DNA of 59,795 nucleotides from a virus (Duplodnaviria > Caudoviricetes), in the IMG/VR virus record IMGVR_UViG_3300047548_000345, positions 1-59,795 of that record; one strand, given 5' to 3'. The stretch's first letter is position 1. The number at the start of each line of letters is the position of its first letter. The position numbers were made by a program, and so were the translations under genes. Below are positions 37,335-46,832 of the stretch, piece by piece. Below the pieces are notes generated by a model that saw only the letters and a program-made list of their open reading frames with translations, did no database searches and was not told where the DNA came from.

Positions 37335-38227
37335 TCTCCGTAAAGTTCTTCAATTTTTGTTTTGAGATGAGGTACGCGATCATATTGATGAACGATAACA
37401 TATTTCTTATTTTCATTCATACTTGTAACCGTACCATCTTCATTGATCACGGGTTGATTATCTTCATAGAGTGCTTCATATCGAGAAGGATCATCATTGA
37501 AAATAACGCCAAGATCACCACGACCAGCCTTGACTGCTTCAACTGTAGTGCCTAACTGAATAGCCCAGTTATCACTGTTGTTTGTGAAGAGTGTGTCCAT
37601 GTTATATGGTTGGAAATTGATCAGAAAGTTGAATACAGCCTGATCAACAATAGGAATAGGTCTATTCACACTCATTTGAAAGATCATCAACATCAAATCA
37701 CGAACAAACTCAAAGTTACCGGCAATGGTACCAACATTATATATCATCTTTTCTTTGAGAATATTATGAAAGTAAGGACCAAATGTATCGTGCAAGTTCT
37801 TATTACCCCAAGGTTCATTCTTGTATCTCAGACCTTCCGATGAACAGACGAGGAATGAACCCATGCAATTATCATAGAGCCAATCTGTTGGATTAGTTTG
37901 AAATACTACATCGCGGGTATCTGTAGTAATGAGATGGGTGTATTGCTTAGGATCAAGAGAGTTGAGATAGTTCCACATATAGAAAAAGCGTTCAACATGC
38001 GGCGCACCGTTATTATGTGCAACGACACTACCATCATCTTGCATTTTACCATATAGAGATAGTAACACACCTTCTTGTGTTAGCTTTTCAATTGTTTCTT
38101 TTGACATATTGGTGCCAACAATAGCAACGTCACCGTCAAAACCGCTTTTCTTGATTGAGTTGACCCAGTATTTCAAGTCATCCCATGTGTAGTTTGAGGC
38201 GCCGCCAATAATCAAATCTTTAGCCAT
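37331..38227 (-). CDS. Putative glycosyltransferase
   Basis: TTDTRDVVFQ.NP, DQAVFN, IVHQYDR. Confidence 0.65.
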   Translation of the reverse strand: MAKDLIIGGASNYTWDDLKYWVNSIKKSGFDGDVAIVGTNMSKETIEKLTQEGVLLSLYGKMQDDGSVVAHNNGAPHVERFFYMWNYLNSLDPKQYTHLITTDTRDVVFQTNPTDWLYDNCMGSFLVCSSEGLRYKNEPWGNKNLHDTFGPYFHNILKEKMIYNVGTIAGNFEFVRDLMLMIFQMSVNRPIPIVDQAVFNFLINFQPYNMDTLFTNNSDNWAIQLGTTVEAVKAGRGDLGVIFNDDPSRYEALYEDNQPVINEDGTVTSMNENKKYVIVHQYDRVPHLKTKIEELYGD

Positions 38228-38937
38228 GGATAATCACCCTTATAGAAGTTGTTATAATATTCGTTACCTTTTAAGAAGAAGTCTGCGGATACAGAACCTG
38301 GATTACCATCTAGTCTGTAGCAAAGCGTTCTCTTACCGCTAGTGTCATGTTTAGTTTGCTCTCTGATAAGATTGAAGAAACGACGATCACCACCCCAACC
38401 AGAGTGCCAGAGTTGACTTACTTGAATTAGAAACTCACGACGAAAAGCATATGAAGATGTATCGACAAGATAATGCTTTTCTGGTTGTTCATTGGTGAAA
38501 TAGATTGGCCACTTGCCAAGTGCTTCACAGTTATCATCAATTGCGAAAGATTTATCAGGATTATGAATAGAACGAAGTGAATAAGCAAAGTCTAGAGATT
38601 TTTCCTCAATGGTCTTGACCAATGTTTCTACATGATCAGGCTGATACCAATTGTCTTCATCAAGAAAGAAAATGTAATCTGAGGAAAGCAAATGAGGATA
38701 TGCTGCGTAGATACGATGACCATAGAAACCTGCGCCGCCAGTATTTTCAGGAGAAACTGTAACTTGTAATTTATTTGAGGCTTGAACAAATCTAATTGCT
38801 TTGTTAAAGTAATCAGGTCCATCAATAACTACCAGATGCTTTATATCTTCATAAGTTTGATTCTTGACGCTTTCAACGGCATCAAGTAATTTATCAGAAC
38901 CAATTGTCGGTGTGATAACAGCAACTTTACTCATCAA
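38212..38937 (-). CDS. GT2 glycosyltransferase
   Basis: VITPT, SVKNQTY, VVIDG, FFLDEDN. Confidence 0.85.
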   Translation of the reverse strand: MMSKVAVITPTIGSDKLLDAVESVKNQTYEDIKHLVVIDGPDYFNKAIRFVQASNKLQVTVSPENTGGAGFYGHRIYAAYPHLLSSDYIFFLDEDNWYQPDHVETLVKTIEEKSLDFAYSLRSIHNPDKSFAIDDNCEALGKWPIYFTNEQPEKHYLVDTSSYAFRREFLIQVSQLWHSGWGGDRRFFNLIREQTKHDTSGKRTLCYRLDGNPGSVSADFFLKGNEYYNNFYKGDYPWLKI

Positions 38938-39307
38938 ACAGTTCTTTCACAAATTCAGAGGAGAGATGCATATAGATATGACACTTCTTGCCACGCTTAT
39001 TCATTTCATAGATCATATGTTTAGTGCCTTTAGAAACACCGTCCCAAATGATAACAGCAGCATCAGCATAATCTGCCATCTCACGATTACGCATAGGGCC
39101 AGCGGCTTTGCCGTGTTTGTCCCAATCAGCAGGAAAAAGTTTAGTTGGAATACTTTTCACTAGAGCATAATGTTCACCAAGTTTATCTACACCCTTGGCT
39201 CTACCAGAAACAATCTCGGTAATATCAAAACCACTATCTTCAATAGCTTTCTTCACGACACCTAGGCTCTCAATTGAGCGAGAGCCTGCCACGATTACCT
39301 TCATCAC
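38927..39307 (-). CDS. YspA/SLOG-family protein
   Basis: VAGSR, SGRAKGVD, ADWDKHGKAAGPMRN, WDGVSKGT. Confidence 0.85.
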   Translation of the reverse strand: MMKVIVAGSRSIESLGVVKKAIEDSGFDITEIVSGRAKGVDKLGEHYALVKSIPTKLFPADWDKHGKAAGPMRNREMADYADAAVIIWDGVSKGTKHMIYEMNKRGKKCHIYMHLSSEFVKELFDE

Positions 39308-39352
39308 GAAACTCCATAATCTTACTATTATATATCAAACCGTGGATAAGGC

Positions 39353-39380
39353 AAGAGGGAGATTGCTCTCCCTCTTTTTT
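39353..39380. terminator. Terminator-like hairpin
   Basis: AAGAGGGAGA-TTGC-TCTCCCTCTT with T run. Confidence 0.6.
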
Positions 39381-39558
39381 ATTTCTTAGGAAGCGGAAAT
39401 TGCTTCTTTGCACTTTTCTTTGCTATGAACGGAATATCTCCTCTTGAAATACCAAGATCGTTAAGACCTCTTTCATTCAATTGGTTAAGTTCTGCCATAG
39501 TGGCTCTTGCTGCCATCTTGCGACGGCAGCGGGCTTTTAGACGCTTAAAAAAAGACAT
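39379..39558 (-). CDS. DUF1127 (YjiS-like) small protein
   Basis: Manual: ...RATMAELNQLNERGLNDLGISRGDI. Confidence 0.75.
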   Translation of the reverse strand: MSFFKRLKARCRRKMAARATMAELNQLNERGLNDLGISRGDIPFIAKKSAKKQFPLPKK

Positions 39559-39559
39559 A

Positions 39560-40063
39560 TTACTTACTTTCTGTTTCGTTGAGTAAAGTCTTTTTAGATT
39601 CCGTATTTACGGTTTCACCTACATTAATATCAATCTTGCGTGGCATCTTTTCTTCTGGAATGAAGCGTTCTAGCCAGACCTTGAGCATACCATTGATGAG
39701 GTCTGCGTTCTTGACTACAACTGAATCGGCTAAGGTGAATGAGCGAGTGAAGGCACGATCAGCAATACCTTTGAAGATGAAGTTTTCATCATCGTCGGTT
39801 GTTTCAATATTACCTTTTACTGTCAATACACCATCTGCAAGTTCGAGTTCAATATCTTGTCTTCCAAAACCGGCTACTGCGATTTCGATTACATACTTTG
39901 TTTCATCGACTTTACGAATGTTATATGGAGGATATGTTGGAATTTTTGGGAAGTTTTCTGTTACTTCCTGCATTTTCTTGAGAACGGCATCTGCACCGAT
40001 GATTTGTTTGGTGAGGTTAGGGAAAGAAAATGGGTCAAAATGAGGGATACGGTTGAATGTCAT
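39560..40063 (-). CDS. Small heat-shock protein Hsp20/IbpA
   Basis: YPPYNI, IEIAVAGF, KGIADRAFTRSFTLA, NGML. Confidence 0.95.
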   Translation of the reverse strand: MTFNRIPHFDPFSFPNLTKQIIGADAVLKKMQEVTENFPKIPTYPPYNIRKVDETKYVIEIAVAGFGRQDIELELADGVLTVKGNIETTDDDENFIFKGIADRAFTRSFTLADSVVVKNADLINGMLKVWLERFIPEEKMPRKIDINVGETVNTESKKTLLNETESK

Positions 40064-40120
40064 TGCTTTAACTCCTTTATAAGCAAGTTAGTTACTCTGT
40101 CTCCCATTAGGCGAGACTTA
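40064..40120 (-). promoter_or_regulatory. ROSE-like RNA thermometer
   Basis: AACTTGCTT-ATA-AAGGAGTT: UUGCU opposite the SD with bulged G; upstream hairpin GTCTC/GAGAC. Confidence 0.65.
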
Positions 40121-40152
40121 CATATTATATATAATACTTTTACTGCGATTTG

Positions 40153-40449
40153 TCAACCGCCCGCAAAAACATTTCCTGAGCCTTGTGCAACAAAAGTGCA
40201 GGCGAACAAAGGATCACCAATTCTTCCAGCGCCGAGACCATGCACTCTTACTGTAGTGCTACCGACAATGATTGCACCAACATGCGGTAGACATTTCTTG
40301 CCAGCAGGAATAAGATGTACCGTGTTGACACATCCTTGAATTGATATTGGGCGTCCATTAACAAAAACACTACCTGAGCCAACAGCTCTTACCATAGGGC
40401 TACAGTGCGGAAGATCAAGATCACCTACTCTAGTCACCGCTGGCATCAA
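40153..40449 (-). CDS. PAAR spike-tip protein (gp5.4-like)
   Basis: PAVTRVGD, GSGSVFVNG, GRIGD, GSGNVFAGG. Confidence 0.9.
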   Translation of the reverse strand: MMPAVTRVGDLDLPHCSPMVRAVGSGSVFVNGRPISIQGCVNTVHLIPAGKKCLPHVGAIIVGSTTVRVHGLGAGRIGDPLFACTFVAQGSGNVFAGG

Positions 40450-40949
40450 ACTTCTCCTGTATAGTATTGGTAGTTTCTTAAAAAATTGTAGGCTGCATAA
40501 ACATTATTAACGACAAATCTATTGATTGTATGATTACTATTAGCACCGCTATTAGAATTATTATGTGTAACAGTAAATGTATGCGTCACAGTTACACCTG
40601 TCGGAGCAGGCTGGTTAACTTCATAGATGAACTTTCTAGGTGGAACAGAATTAAAATCATACGCAACGCTAGGTGTATCTGTTATGTCATTGCCATAAGG
40701 AGGTTCGAAGTATTTTATAGTAGTCGATTCACCAGTTGTATAATAACCATTGAACCAAATACGATTATTACTTACAGTGATTGTTACATTAGGTTGATTA
40801 ATACTATAAGAAATATTGGATACGTTTGCAATGCTAATAAGAGTATTGGTCATAGCCATTTCATCATAGTCATAAACTTCAACATAATCTGAGATATATG
40901 TAAAAGTCTGCGCCTCTGGTAATTCATTAGGAATAAGAATTATAGTCAC
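40446..40949 (-). CDS. Hypothetical (probable baseplate-associated) protein
   Basis: Asn/Thr-rich beta-type ORF beside PAAR. Confidence 0.5.
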   Translation of the reverse strand: MTIILIPNELPEAQTFTYISDYVEVYDYDEMAMTNTLISIANVSNISYSINQPNVTITVSNNRIWFNGYYTTGESTTIKYFEPPYGNDITDTPSVAYDFNSVPPRKFIYEVNQPAPTGVTVTHTFTVTHNNSNSGANSNHTINRFVVNNVYAAYNFLRNYQYYTGEV

Positions 40950-41143
40950 TTCTTTTCTCTTTTCATCAACTCAGCAAATTTATCAAACCAACCTTCAATC
41001 TCTTCATGTTGTTCATCAGTATGAGGACCAGGCGGAATCTCTGGAAAAAACGCAATCAGATTATCAAATTCCATAGGTATGTCTTCATATTTATCGTAGT
41101 CATAGATTTTATCATCTATAAGAACAGTAAATTTATGAGCCAT
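40946..41143 (-). CDS. Conserved small protein next to PAAR
   Basis: YEDIP..FDNLIAFFPEIPPGPHTDEQHEEI. Confidence 0.65.
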   Translation of the reverse strand: MAHKFTVLIDDKIYDYDKYEDIPMEFDNLIAFFPEIPPGPHTDEQHEEIEGWFDKFAELMKREKK

Positions 41144-41456
41144 GGTGATGATCCTTCAAAGTCTGTAAATGTTCCATTCTTTCTTCGAATGTAATACTTT
41201 CATGGTGTGGATTCAAATCAATACGCGGAGCCATATGCACCATATGAGTTTTCGATTCGAGAACCATATCATCTTCGCCGAGCATATTAATCTTCTTTGC
41301 GTTGATGTTTAAATCACCAGCGCAATTAAAATTAAGATTATTGTGACCTTCAATCTCAATGTTATTATCCTCATCAATCTTGATGCAGATTTTACCGACT
41401 CTTACTAATGCTGGTTGCTCTGTGATCACATATTCAGGATAATTAGTCTTTAACAT
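41133..41456 (-). CDS. gp5 C-terminal spike-like beta-repeat protein
   Basis: NLNFNCAGDLNINAKKINM...APRIDLN. Confidence 0.5.
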   Translation of the reverse strand: MLKTNYPEYVITEQPALVRVGKICIKIDEDNNIEIEGHNNLNFNCAGDLNINAKKINMLGEDDMVLESKTHMVHMAPRIDLNPHHESITFEERMEHLQTLKDHHHGS

Positions 41457-42031
41457 TATGCTGCATCCTTTTTAGGACGACCACGACCACGCTTTGCAGG
41501 CTGTTCAATAGCCGCATCTACAGTTTTTACACCGGTTGAACCAAGACCACCAACACGATTAGTTCTTTGCTCTGGCTTCGTCTTCGTTTCAGTGATCTTA
41601 TACTTGATTTGTTCGACAAGTTCAGCCTGTGCTAGACGTTCGCCATGAGCAACATTGATCTTGTTTTCAGATGTATTGTGGATGAGCAAAAACAATTCAT
41701 TAAAATAGTCAGAGTCAATAACTGCTTCACAGTTAGCAAGGACAAGACCAAGTTTGAGCGAAAGACCGGAGCGAGGATGCAGGCGAACAGAATAGCCTTT
41801 TGGAATATCCAAGATCATACCAGTTGGCACCATAACACGGTCACCAGGCATGATAGCGATTGAGCCATCAGAGCCGATCTTGCGTTCAAACTTTGAATTG
41901 GTTTTATTATATCCTTCGTAGGTTACTTTACCAAGCATAGAAGCTGCAATGTCGAAACATGCAGCCTCGTCTGTGGCAAATGCAGGAAGGTTAACGTCAG
42001 GATGCGTCTTAAAGATTTTCAATTCAGTCAT
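41456..42031 (-). CDS. dut: dUTPase
   Basis: AACFD, PRSGL, VIDSDY, RLAQ, RVGGLGSTG; C-terminal KRGRGRPKK. Confidence 0.95.
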   Translation of the reverse strand: MTELKIFKTHPDVNLPAFATDEAACFDIAASMLGKVTYEGYNKTNSKFERKIGSDGSIAIMPGDRVMVPTGMILDIPKGYSVRLHPRSGLSLKLGLVLANCEAVIDSDYFNELFLLIHNTSENKINVAHGERLAQAELVEQIKYKITETKTKPEQRTNRVGGLGSTGVKTVDAAIEQPAKRGRGRPKKDAA

Positions 42032-42057
42032 AATATAACTCCATAATGTTATTTAAA

Positions 42058-43371
42058 TTAGCCTACAACTTCTTCCCAAGTCATTGCACCAACACCATCA
42101 TTACCGTTTACGGCACCTGTTGCTGCAAGTGTGATTATGATTCCGTTATTGCTGGCCGCAAAAGGATCTCTTTCTAATTGATATGCAAACAAAGTTTCTC
42201 TTCCAAGATTAACTGTTGCACCACCAGCACCAGCAGATACGTTTACATAACCTATTTGTGCATCACGACCACCGCTAACGGCAGTTGCAGTTATGTCATA
42301 TTCTACAGAAGAATCCGATGCAGAAGAAACCCAAGAAGCGCCAGTCAATGTACCACCGATGATAATCTTATAGCGATAGCTGGTGTTGTTAGTAACACCA
42401 AAAAACTCCACATCTTTCAGAAGAGCAATCGCATCTTTAAAAGAGTCTTTTAACCTGATCGACACAACAGGTGTAAATGTACCAGCAGTTGGTAAATCTT
42501 TGGGTGTAGTGATAGGAATACTTATGCTTCGTGCCTTACCTTCGAGAGTATAACCACCTTCAGAAATAACCGTAGAACAAATCTGCTTGAGTGTGCTATT
42601 GTTTGATGTGACACCAGTGTTGAATATTTCATAACGAATAGGCAAGCAGGCTGTTGTCATATATGGAACAGTTCTTAGATTATCGTTATGGAATATGTGC
42701 GCAGGCACCATAAGGCCGTCAACAACAAAACCACATCTTACATCACCAACACCTAACCATTCAACATCAACCCAAAAAATGTTTGTCTTTGTTGTATCTA
42801 GACCGCCGTGTCCGACAGCCGCAGCAAAACTGTTTGCTGTACCGTCGAAAACATCTTTGTTCCAATTAGACTGTGCTACTTTTGTTTCTGTGATTGTGCC
42901 AGTTGAATTTGATCTAAGAACAATATACACATCATTGTTGCTTTTCTCAAGAAAAATACCATTGTCTGTATTGAAGTATCCTACTCTTTGTGTAAGATTG
43001 GCTTGAGCCTCAGCCATAGCAAAGGTATTCATAATCAGCAGTGACTTACCTGGCTGATAAGCAAATACTCTCTTTGTTTCAGTTCGAACGGAGTCGGTCG
43101 CTGAGGTACCGATGTTTAGATCGACTGCACTTTGATAGGGTATGTAAGATGTATTGGCGTTTGAGCTGCCAGTATTTGATGTGATGAATTTATCGTTTAT
43201 TTGATAGCGGTGCTGTGAATCGAATAGTGTGAGTGGGTTAGATACTCTCAGTCTTCCAAAAGCATCTGTGGCCGTACCAGACGGGCTGATTCTGTCGTAA
43301 AGACCGACAACCTCAAATAAAGTCTTTTCTTGATTCAAGTAAACATTCGTGTCTTTACGATACTGTGCCAT
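42058..43371 (-). CDS. Conserved beta-rich viral protein (probable virion component)
   Basis: DAFGRLRVS, YQPGKS, EWLGVGDVRCGF, QICSTVISEGG; late promoter at 43402. Confidence 0.65.
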   Translation of the reverse strand: MAQYRKDTNVYLNQEKTLFEVVGLYDRISPSGTATDAFGRLRVSNPLTLFDSQHRYQINDKFITSNTGSSNANTSYIPYQSAVDLNIGTSATDSVRTETKRVFAYQPGKSLLIMNTFAMAEAQANLTQRVGYFNTDNGIFLEKSNNDVYIVLRSNSTGTITETKVAQSNWNKDVFDGTANSFAAAVGHGGLDTTKTNIFWVDVEWLGVGDVRCGFVVDGLMVPAHIFHNDNLRTVPYMTTACLPIRYEIFNTGVTSNNSTLKQICSTVISEGGYTLEGKARSISIPITTPKDLPTAGTFTPVVSIRLKDSFKDAIALLKDVEFFGVTNNTSYRYKIIIGGTLTGASWVSSASDSSVEYDITATAVSGGRDAQIGYVNVSAGAGGATVNLGRETLFAYQLERDPFAASNNGIIITLAATGAVNGNDGVGAMTWEEVVG

Positions 43372-43775
43372 TAGTCTTCCCTGCGCTTCTTGCCTATGTT
43401 GTATTTAGTCACAAGAATCCAGTCATTCTTTTCTTTATGCGAGATGATTTTGATTTGGCTAAGAGGTGCTACTGGATCAGCACTTTTCTTTGTATCGACT
43501 AGAGTAAGCAACTTCCACTCTGCTAGAAGATTGGCGATAGTGTTTAGTCTTGCACGGTCTTCATCTGAGAAGTCTGACTTCTTACCATCTAAAAGGAATA
43601 ACTGCTTAAAGTGGATCACGAAATAGCGACCCTGTTTATGAAGGATATGACAGGACTGATAGAGGGTTCTGTCTTTCTTGGAGGCTACGCCGATACGAGA
43701 CAGAGTTTCCCTGATTTTTAAGAAATCATCAGGTTCGCGTAGGGTCACCTCTATTAGTTCGTCTAGATTTAACAT
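43371..43775 (-). CDS. regA: Translational repressor RegA
   Basis: DDFLKIRETLSRIGVAS, LYQSCHILHKQG.Y..HFK. Confidence 0.95.
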   Translation of the reverse strand: MLNLDELIEVTLREPDDFLKIRETLSRIGVASKKDRTLYQSCHILHKQGRYFVIHFKQLFLLDGKKSDFSDEDRARLNTIANLLAEWKLLTLVDTKKSADPVAPLSQIKIISHKEKNDWILVTKYNIGKKRRED

Positions 43776-44154
43776 TCAAACCACCTTTATTTAATCTTTT
43801 TCTTATCTCAATGATTTGGTCATCAGATAGAATGTTAAGGGCTTCTTTGGCCTTCTCGTTTGAGTAGTTAAAGTATTCCTTAACTAATTCGAGATTTTCT
43901 AGGGTTTCTCGCTTCTGCCATTTCTGGAACGGACGGCGATAACCCCGCACCTTATTTATAAGGTAGTGGAATTGAAGGAGTCCGTCAGTATTAGGTCTCA
44001 GGTTCATCTCATTAGCCCACATAACACAGTCATAATGAAACGATAGAGCCTTATTAACAACGAAAGGCACATAGTCACTCTCGTTCTCTGAGGTGACTAC
44101 ATGCTTCTTGGTCTGTAGAATAGATGGTATTACGTCTTTGAATAGGTCTGTCAT
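43729..44154 (-). CDS. 62: Clamp loader subunit gp62
   Basis: YVPFVVNKALS, ANEMN, VKEYFNYSNEKA. Confidence 0.9.
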   Translation of the reverse strand: MTDLFKDVIPSILQTKKHVVTSENESDYVPFVVNKALSFHYDCVMWANEMNLRPNTDGLLQFHYLINKVRGYRRPFQKWQKRETLENLELVKEYFNYSNEKAKEALNILSDDQIIEIRKRLNKGGLNVKSRRTNRGDPTRT

Positions 44155-44765
44155 GAGAAATGCTCTAGTAAGCTGTTATTAGAAACCTCTTTAATCTTTT
44201 TCTGGTTTAGTGTATTTGCATCAATCAATGTGTCACCATTCTCTATGGAATGTGCAATCTGCATCAAAGGTTGATAACCGAAGTTTTTTGAATAGAGGTA
44301 AATAGAAAGACTTTCGATCATCATCAACCAAGCTCGGACGTTAGCATTATCAAGTTTTACTTTAGGTACTAAAACACATACATTTACATTATCACGGTGG
44401 TCTTTTGAGAAACCATATTCTTCAAAAAACTTGACATAAGAAGTTTGTTTAGGAAACAAAACAGGATCGGTGCCTAGTTCGGTGCGATGGTGTCTCAGTC
44501 TTTGATATAATTTACCAGACTTGTGGAATCGATTACTATCTTTATCTTTTCTATCATAGTAAACATCATCATATGATTTACCGGCTACACCAAAATAGAC
44601 AACTCCCATATGCTCATGAGGCCAAATATTCACAGATGGCAGTCTTTCTTCTGGTCCAGTAATGGCATATACACCAAAAGGTATATTGTGTAGCTTGATA
44701 ATGTCGCGCATTTTTACCCAAGCTACGACTTCACATTCTTCTTTAATGTCGATGCTGTTAAACAT
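44151..44765 (-). CDS. Divergent GIY-YIG-like protein between genes 44 and 62
   Basis: GVY...VVYFGVAG...LYQRLRHH...IE. Confidence 0.45.
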   Translation of the reverse strand: MFNSIDIKEECEVVAWVKMRDIIKLHNIPFGVYAITGPEERLPSVNIWPHEHMGVVYFGVAGKSYDDVYYDRKDKDSNRFHKSGKLYQRLRHHRTELGTDPVLFPKQTSYVKFFEEYGFSKDHRDNVNVCVLVPKVKLDNANVRAWLMMIESLSIYLYSKNFGYQPLMQIAHSIENGDTLIDANTLNQKKIKEVSNNSLLEHFS

Positions 44766-45705
44766 ACTCGCAATCCACCATCATCTCTGTAAGACAGGCG
44801 ACAAGGTTAATTTCTTGATCAGCCACAAATGCAGACTGATACTGATACTTGGCTAAGATAACGACAGCCTGTGGAATCGATTCGATTTTGAAGTATTCAT
44901 ACAGGCTATCATAGACTTTGCGATAGATACGAGCAGGTTCAATATCGGAGTTGGCTACAACCCACTTACGCATCTCTGCAAAGTTGCCATCTTTCAGAAA
45001 GCCAACGAGTTCAGCAATCTTTCTTACATCTGAAATCTGAGCGAGAGTGCCAGCATCAAGAGAACCAGCATTGCTATAGCGTTGAAGTTCATTGAGTGTG
45101 CGACGATAATCCGGAAAAAACTTTCCGACAACTTGTTGAAGAACGCCTTTATCATATTCGACACCTTCTTGTTTGAGAACATTTTCAAGCCTCTTGAATA
45201 GTTGCAAAGCCATTTTTGGCTTTTCATCAGGCTGCAAAGAGAAATCAATCACCGAACAGCGAGAATGAAGCGCATCAATTAATCGTGACTTGAAGTTACA
45301 GGTAAAGATGAATGTGCAATTCTCAGAAAACTCTTCGATTGCACCACGCAAACCAGCTTGTGCTTCTGGTGTAAGATAATCAGCCTCATCAAGAATGATA
45401 ACCTTGCGACCACCTGTCAATGAGATAGTTGAGGCATAACCCTTGATCTTAGTTCGTAGCATATCAATGCCACGTTCTTCTGATGAGTTAATGAAAAGAT
45501 GGTTGACACCAATCTCTTCACACATAGCCATAGCAACCGTTGTCTTACCGACACCAGCACTACCAGTTAGCATTAGATTTGGAATAGATTTCGTATCAAC
45601 ATAAGACTGGAAGACTTTCTTGATACGATCAGGAAGAATACAGTCCGCAACAGTGTGCGGACGGTATCGCTCTGTCCAGAGGAATTCTTGGTTATTACCG
45701 TTCAT
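44758..45705 (-). CDS. 44: Clamp loader AAA+ subunit gp44
   Basis: LWTERYRP, GSAGVGKTT, ILDEAD, LHSRC, FPDYRR. Confidence 0.97.
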   Translation of the reverse strand: MNGNNQEFLWTERYRPHTVADCILPDRIKKVFQSYVDTKSIPNLMLTGSAGVGKTTVAMAMCEEIGVNHLFINSSEERGIDMLRTKIKGYASTISLTGGRKVIILDEADYLTPEAQAGLRGAIEEFSENCTFIFTCNFKSRLIDALHSRCSVIDFSLQPDEKPKMALQLFKRLENVLKQEGVEYDKGVLQQVVGKFFPDYRRTLNELQRYSNAGSLDAGTLAQISDVRKIAELVGFLKDGNFAEMRKWVVANSDIEPARIYRKVYDSLYEYFKIESIPQAVVILAKYQYQSAFVADQEINLVACLTEMMVDCEYV

Positions 45706-45758
45706 AAAGGTTCACCTTTTACTAAATAGGACGATACTTTTCTTCTGAGGAACATACT

Positions 45759-46319
45759 ATGCCTTGCATATATAGAATAAGAAATATTGTAACAGATGAT
45801 TGTTATATTGGCAAGACAAAGAAACTTGCCGAAGAAAGATACCAAAAGCATATCTATAATTGTCGTTCTGGAAGCGAAACATTCTTATACAATGCTATGC
45901 GTAAATATGGAGAAGAAAATTTCATTATTGAAACCATTGAAGAAGTCGATCATGAGTATCTTAATGAACGAGAGAAATATCACATACAAGAGCAAAAACC
46001 TCGTTATAACATGACAGAAGGTGGTGATGGAGGATATACTTCTAACTCACCCAAATTTATCAAATCTATGAAAGAGTATCATTCAAAGAAAGATAAATCT
46101 TCATATGCAACTTATGGAATGAAAGGTAAAAAGCAATCTGAACACTTCTTCAATTCAATAAGGCAAAAAAATAGTTGTCCAGTCATTTGCGAAAATATTG
46201 AATATCCTTCAGTAGGGGCTGCACAAGAAGCATATCCAGGTATATCTATTCGCAAAAGATTGGACAACCCTAAATATCCAGATTTTTATAGATTACGACC
46301 AAAAACTAATCGTAAGTAA
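45759..46319 (+). mobile_element. GIY-YIG homing endonuclease, opposite strand
   Basis: IYRIRN..YIGKT, R...H, YNMTEGGDG; CTAAATA at 45722 and GAGG RBS. Confidence 0.9.
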
Positions 46320-46326
46320 TCTGACA

Positions 46327-46530
46327 TTATATCTCCTCAAGGACTCTTTGAAAGACTTCTCTAGCACCTTTCTTACCTAGTTGCGTAACAAAAATTTGTT
46401 TAGACGCAACCATCATGGCTGATGCTAGAGCAAACAAGTCTTGTGTATCATCGCACATCATGATCTGCCTGTCAATAGGTTTCATGAGTTCTTTCATTCT
46501 TTCTAGGCGATGTTTAGGATCATATGCCAT
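46327..46530 (-). CDS. Hypothetical protein
   Basis: RMKELMKPIDRQIMMCDD. Confidence 0.6.
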   Translation of the reverse strand: MAYDPKHRLERMKELMKPIDRQIMMCDDTQDLFALASAMMVASKQIFVTQLGKKGAREVFQRVLEEI

Positions 46531-46832
46531 TATACGGGTGCAGTATCTTTGAGAACCTTTGTGTAAAACTTTTCGAAGTTTTCGTTTTCTTCAACTTCCT
46601 CGTTGTAGTTAGCCTTGTAGTAAACCTTAGCCATACGACGAACAAGTTTCTTATCCACACCAAGGTCTTCAAATACCTTGTTGATGGTTTCTTTCTGCAA
46701 ATCGCGTTCAGCAGCCACGCGGGTCATGGAGTCATTCAGTTCTTGAATTGCACCACGAAGCCGCTTCTTATCACCATCAGAAAGCGATTCGACACTTACA
46801 TAAGGATTATTATGACCGATATTAGCCATCAC
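46530..46832 (-). CDS. DsbA-like double-stranded DNA-binding protein
   Basis: IQELNDSMTRVAAERD...VDKKLVRRMAKVYYK. Confidence 0.7.
   Translation of the reverse strand: MMANIGHNNPYVSVESLSDGDKKRLRGAIQELNDSMTRVAAERDLQKETINKVFEDLGVDKKLVRRMAKVYYKANYNEEVEENENFEKFYTKVLKDTAPV

Noticed and set aside
39341-39349. DnaA-box-like TTATCCACG
   Set aside because: Single imperfect copy inside a promoter spacer; not enough for an origin
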